Part shown: positions 28,640 to 32,000 of the stretch, piece after piece | Layout: the number at the start of each line of letters is the position of its first letter | Position numbering within the stretch: position 1 is the first letter of the stretch | Source: Mesoplasma florum L1 | GTDB taxonomy: Bacteria > Bacillota_I > Bacilli_A > Mycoplasmatales > Mycoplasmataceae | Reading direction: 5' to 3' | Assembly (NCBI RefSeq): GCF_000008305.1 | Contig: NC_006055.1 | Location: 90,001-122,000, forward strand | DNA length: 32,000 nt | The notes under the pieces: generated by a model | Databases searched by the model: none | Seen by the model: only the letters and a program-made list of their open reading frames with translations | What the model was told of the DNA's origin: nothing | Translations under genes and position numbers: made by a program

Positions 28640-30493
28640 ATGGCTAAGGAATCAATCATAAAAGTACGTGACCTTTTAATCGAATATGGGCACGGAAAAA
28701 ATAAAGTTTCTGCTGTTAAAGAAGTTTCTTTTGATATTTATAAAGGAGAAACTTTTGGACTAGTTGGTGAATCTGGGTCAGGTAAATCAACTATTGGTAA
28801 AGCCTTAATGGGAATTGAACCAATTAATGATGGAACTATTTATTATCAAGATACATTAGCTTTTGGTAAAGCACCAAATTTAATTAAGATGAATGAAAAA
28901 ATGGAACACCATATTAAAGTAATGAAACTTAATCAAACTGCTATTACTAAAGCTTTAGAAATTTATTCAGAAGAGTACAAACGTGTTTACTTCAAATATA
29001 TTGAAGGAAAATACTATGATTTAAAATCAAAAGAAACTGTTGAATATTCTGATAATAAAATTAGAAAAATTGAAGAAGGTTTAGACTTAAAAGATCATAA
29101 ATTAGTTTCTAAATCAAAAGATCCAAAATTAAAACTAGTTGAGGATGCTGTTAGAGAAATTATTAAAAGAATTTTAAAATTATACAAACTTCAAGACAAG
29201 TCTTTAGCATTTTTAAAAATGTTAAAAGAAGACGGAATCATTAACCCAGAATTATTAAAAAAAGTTAATGAATTACATTCAAAAACAAACAAATTAACAG
29301 TTAAAATTAGAAAATCAGAATCTAAGATGTATTTAACAATTCAAGAAATTGAAAAAGTTAGAAATGATGTTAGAAAAGGTAAATATAAATCAGTAAAAAG
29401 ATTTTTCTTTGATTTAGGTAAACTATTAGAAGTTTTAATTGCTGAACATAAATTAGTGTCGCCTATGATTTCTGATTTAAAACAAGCTCAAAAATTAAGT
29501 TCTGCAATTGTATCAACAGGTAGTGATAAAAAACAATGATTAAAATGAATTGATGAAAAAATAGCAACAATCGATGATAAATCAAAAGTTGCCGAATTTG
29601 AATTAATTAAAGATCTAATGTCTATTGAAAGTATTCAAAAAACATTAGAAAAATCACCAAAGTATTCATTACCAACTAGTTCAGAAAGACATGAATTAAA
29701 AAAACAAATGCAAATGATTTTCCAAGACCCAGCATCATCATTAAATGATAGAATGCCAGTTGAAGAAATTATTGCTGAAGGTTTAGATAATTTCCCTGAA
29801 TTATACAAAAATGAACAAGCTGCTCAAACTTACATTGACTGATTTAATTCAAATAATCCAGATAAAGTAGGAAAAATAACATTAGAAAATATTAGATACC
29901 AAAAAGTAAAACAATTTTTAATTTTACAATTATTAACTACTGTTGGTATGTTACCTGAACACTTGTCACGTTACCCACATGAATTCTCTGGTGGTCAACG
30001 TCAACGTATCGGTATTGCCAGAGCATTAGTTATGAAACCATCATTTGTAGTTTGTGATGAGCCAATTTCAGCACTAGACGTTTCTATTAGAGCACAAGTT
30101 ATTAATTTATTAGCTAAATTCCAATTAGAATTTGACTTAACATATATATTCATTGCTCATGATTTAAGTGTTGTTAGATTTATTGCAAATAGAATTGCAG
30201 TTATTTATCGTGGAGATATTGTTGAATTAGCTGATGCTGATGAATTATTCAATAATCCTTTACACCCATATACTAAATCATTATTATCTGCAGTACCATT
30301 ACCAGATCCTGATTTAGAGAAAAAGAAAAAAAGTATTAAATACAAACCCGAAGAACAACATTTTGATTACATTACAGATTCACCTAAATGAATCGAAGTT
30401 CAAAAAGGACATTTTATATTAGCAAATGAAAGAGAAGTTTCTGCAATAAAATCTGAAAAAAGAAAAATTAAAAAAATCGAGAAAGGAGCATAA
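28640..30493 (+). CDS. oppF: oligopeptide ABC transporter ATP-binding protein OppF with ~270-aa insertion (617 aa)
   Basis: I prefer the ATG at 28640 to the GTG at 28631. Walker A is GESGSGKST, the Q-loop is [11 protein letters not shown], the signature is FSGGQRQR and Walker B is [11 protein letters not shown]. The H-loop is IAHDL, and HPYT is present. In-frame TGA codons occur at 29537, 29546, 29840 and 30389. Confidence 0.88.
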
Positions 30494-30495
30494 TT

Positions 30496-32000
30496 ATGAA
30501 AAAATTACTTAGTATAATTGCTGCTGGGACTTTAGTTACAACAGCCGGATCAACTTTAGTTTCTTGTGGAATGTCTACAACAAAACTAATGGCAAGAAAA
30601 GTAAATACAAAAGAGTATAAAGGTTTCATGACTGCAGCTCTTAATACTTGATCACCTGGTTCAACTATGCAAAACTCAGACTCAATCATATTAGAAAACT
30701 TATATGATGGATTATTAACTCCTAATGCTCATGGTGAAATTGAAGGCCAAATGGCTGATTGATGAGGGCATAATGCAAAAGGAACTGAATATTACTTCCA
30801 TTTAAGAGATGAAGAAAAAACATCAGAAGATGGAAGAAAAACTGGAATTCCAAAATGAACAGCTGTAAGAAATGGTGAAATTAAAAGCACACAAAATGTT
30901 TCTACAATGGATTTCTACAATGCATTTAGATTCACATTTAATCCAAATTCTTCAGCTGATGGAGCTGCTCCAACAAATGGTTTATTTAAAAATGGAACAG
31001 CTTTAGAAGGCATTTTATCTACTATATCTGAATATGATGCAACAGTTCTTGGAGGAGCTAACTTTAGTAGAACAACTGCTCAAGGTGGTGAACAAAATAT
31101 TGGATCTGAATATATTTCAACAAGAAATTTTGACATTATTGTTATGTTAATTAATCTTTGAACAGCAACACCTGAAGGTCAGACTATAATTAATAAATTA
31201 GCTGACGCTAAACTTAATCCAATTTTAGATGTAAATGGAAATCCTACTGGTAAATATGATCGAACACCTGAATTTGATAATTTAATTGCTGAAATGAAAA
31301 AATATCAGGGTGAAACAGCATTCCAAAAATTAATTTCTGATAGTTCACAAAATGGTGGAATGATGGCTATTTCTCTTTCAAGTGAAGGATTAGGAACAGC
31401 TGCATCTTCAAAAGGAACTTATGATACTAGAACAGAACAAATGTATAATATCAGATATACTCTTGAAAATGCATCAACTTCTTTCTTTACTTCTGCGGCT
31501 GGATATGGTTCATTGAAACCATTACCAGATTATGCTGTGAGTTATTCAGATAATCAAAACAGATCATGATATAACTTTTCTAAAAGATATCAACCAAGTC
31601 TTAATGAAATGTGATTTTCAGGAGCTTATTATGTTCAATCATATAAAGCATCTTCTAATACAATTTTATTAAAAAATCCAAATTATTATCAAGCTGATAG
31701 AACATACATTGAAAAATTAATATTTACTTTAACTAGAAGTCAATCAGTTGATTCAAATAGACTTTGATTTGAAGGAGGAGATGCTTCAGAAGTAGCTATT
31801 TCTCCAAACGATGCTAGTGGTTGAAAAAAATATGTTGGTGATGATTATAATTCTGAAGAACAAAAATTTGCATTTGAAGGAACACATGCAACATCAACTG
31901 TTCCAAGTCAATATACATTCACAACATTCTACAATTATGGTAGATTGACAAATGATGGTGAAGATATTTCAAAATCATCTAGAGCTTTAGCACAAAAATC
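30496..32000 (+). CDS. oppA: oligopeptide-binding lipoprotein OppA (family 5 SBP), 3'-truncated by the window end
   Basis: The ATG at 30496 lies 7 nt after gaaaggag, which sits inside the oppF 3' end. The lipobox is MKKLLSIIAAGTLVTTAGSTLVSC. SBP family 5-like segments include ILENLYDGLL and YYFHLRD. There are many in-frame TGA codons. The frame stays open to base 32000. Confidence 0.8.

Noticed and set aside
68-30689. Antisense or shadow ORFs in the track: 68..256-, 892..1080-, 2349..2657-, 3846..4061-, 6703..6903-, 8111..8314-, 9927..10178+, 12753..13019-, 13171..13404-, 13440..13805-, 19069..19302-, 19384..19629-, 21216..21473-, 21704..21946-, 23140..23607-, 24934..25152- and 30468..30689-.
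   Set aside because: Each lies entirely opposite a well-supported, motif-bearing gene. Each lacks an SD and translates to Phe/Ile/Ser/Cys-rich low-complexity sequence, which is typical of the reverse strand of A+T-rich, Lys/Glu/Asn-rich genes.
5430-31569. Apparent gene fragmentation, with many adjacent same-frame ORFs, read as a pseudogene-rich decaying region.
   Set aside because: Every break except those in 12172-12696 is a single in-frame TGA at a position where homologs have Trp or tolerate it. Under table 4 the genes are intact and of normal or greater length.
1-32000. Mobile elements, CRISPR arrays, restriction-modification systems, toxin-antitoxin systems or other defence islands.
   Set aside because: I saw no transposase, integrase or recombinase motifs and no inverted terminal repeats. 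I saw no direct-repeat/spacer arrays and no paired small ORFs typical of TA modules. The lone methyltransferase has a small-molecule/RNA-type class I fold context with no adjacent endonuclease.

Overview
Strongly A+T-rich, Mollicutes-type chromosomal core region that only makes sense under translation table 4 (TGA = Trp). The supplied standard-code ORF track cuts almost every gene into pieces. After re-joining across in-frame TGA codons I count 31 loci, 28 on the + strand. In order they are: a 5'-truncated membrane protein; three tandem M17 leucyl aminopeptidase paralogs; an orphan 224-aa protein; purA-purB-prs-pth; a minus-strand class I SAM methyltransferase; a PAP2-like membrane phosphatase; a decayed minus-strand membrane-protein gene; rpsF-ssb-rpsR and rplI-dnaB; a 477-aa lipoprotein; a polytopic ECF-S-component-like membrane protein; cysS and an rlmB-like gene; rpmG-secE-nusG; an RNase J homolog; a small minus-strand membrane protein; and oppB-oppC-oppD-oppF-oppA, with oppA cut by the window end. 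The gene order (prs-pth, rpsF-ssb-rpsR, rplI-dnaB, cysS-rlmB...rpmG-secE-nusG) is the conserved Firmicutes/Mollicutes housekeeping synteny. The lineage guess (Mesoplasma/Entomoplasma/Mycoplasma mycoides-cluster-like) is inference only. I saw no rRNA, tRNA, CRISPR array, transposase, integrase or recognisable defence or toxin module, and I do not see a self-evident novel multi-gene system. The items most worth a second look are these: (1) the RNase J homolog has lost its metallo-beta-lactamase metal ligands, so it looks like a pseudo-enzyme; (2) a short uORF plus a four-segment terminator/antiterminator-like leader sits in front of purA; (3) OppD and OppF each carry a very large charged insertion at the same site of the ABC domain; (4) ribosomal protein S6 has a C-terminal extension of about 195 aa, and its mRNA leader is structured and unusually G+C-rich; (5) the pepA triplication shows near-identical nucleotide tracts confined to the catalytic core; (6) a frameshifted membrane-protein gene remnant fills an ORF-less gap.
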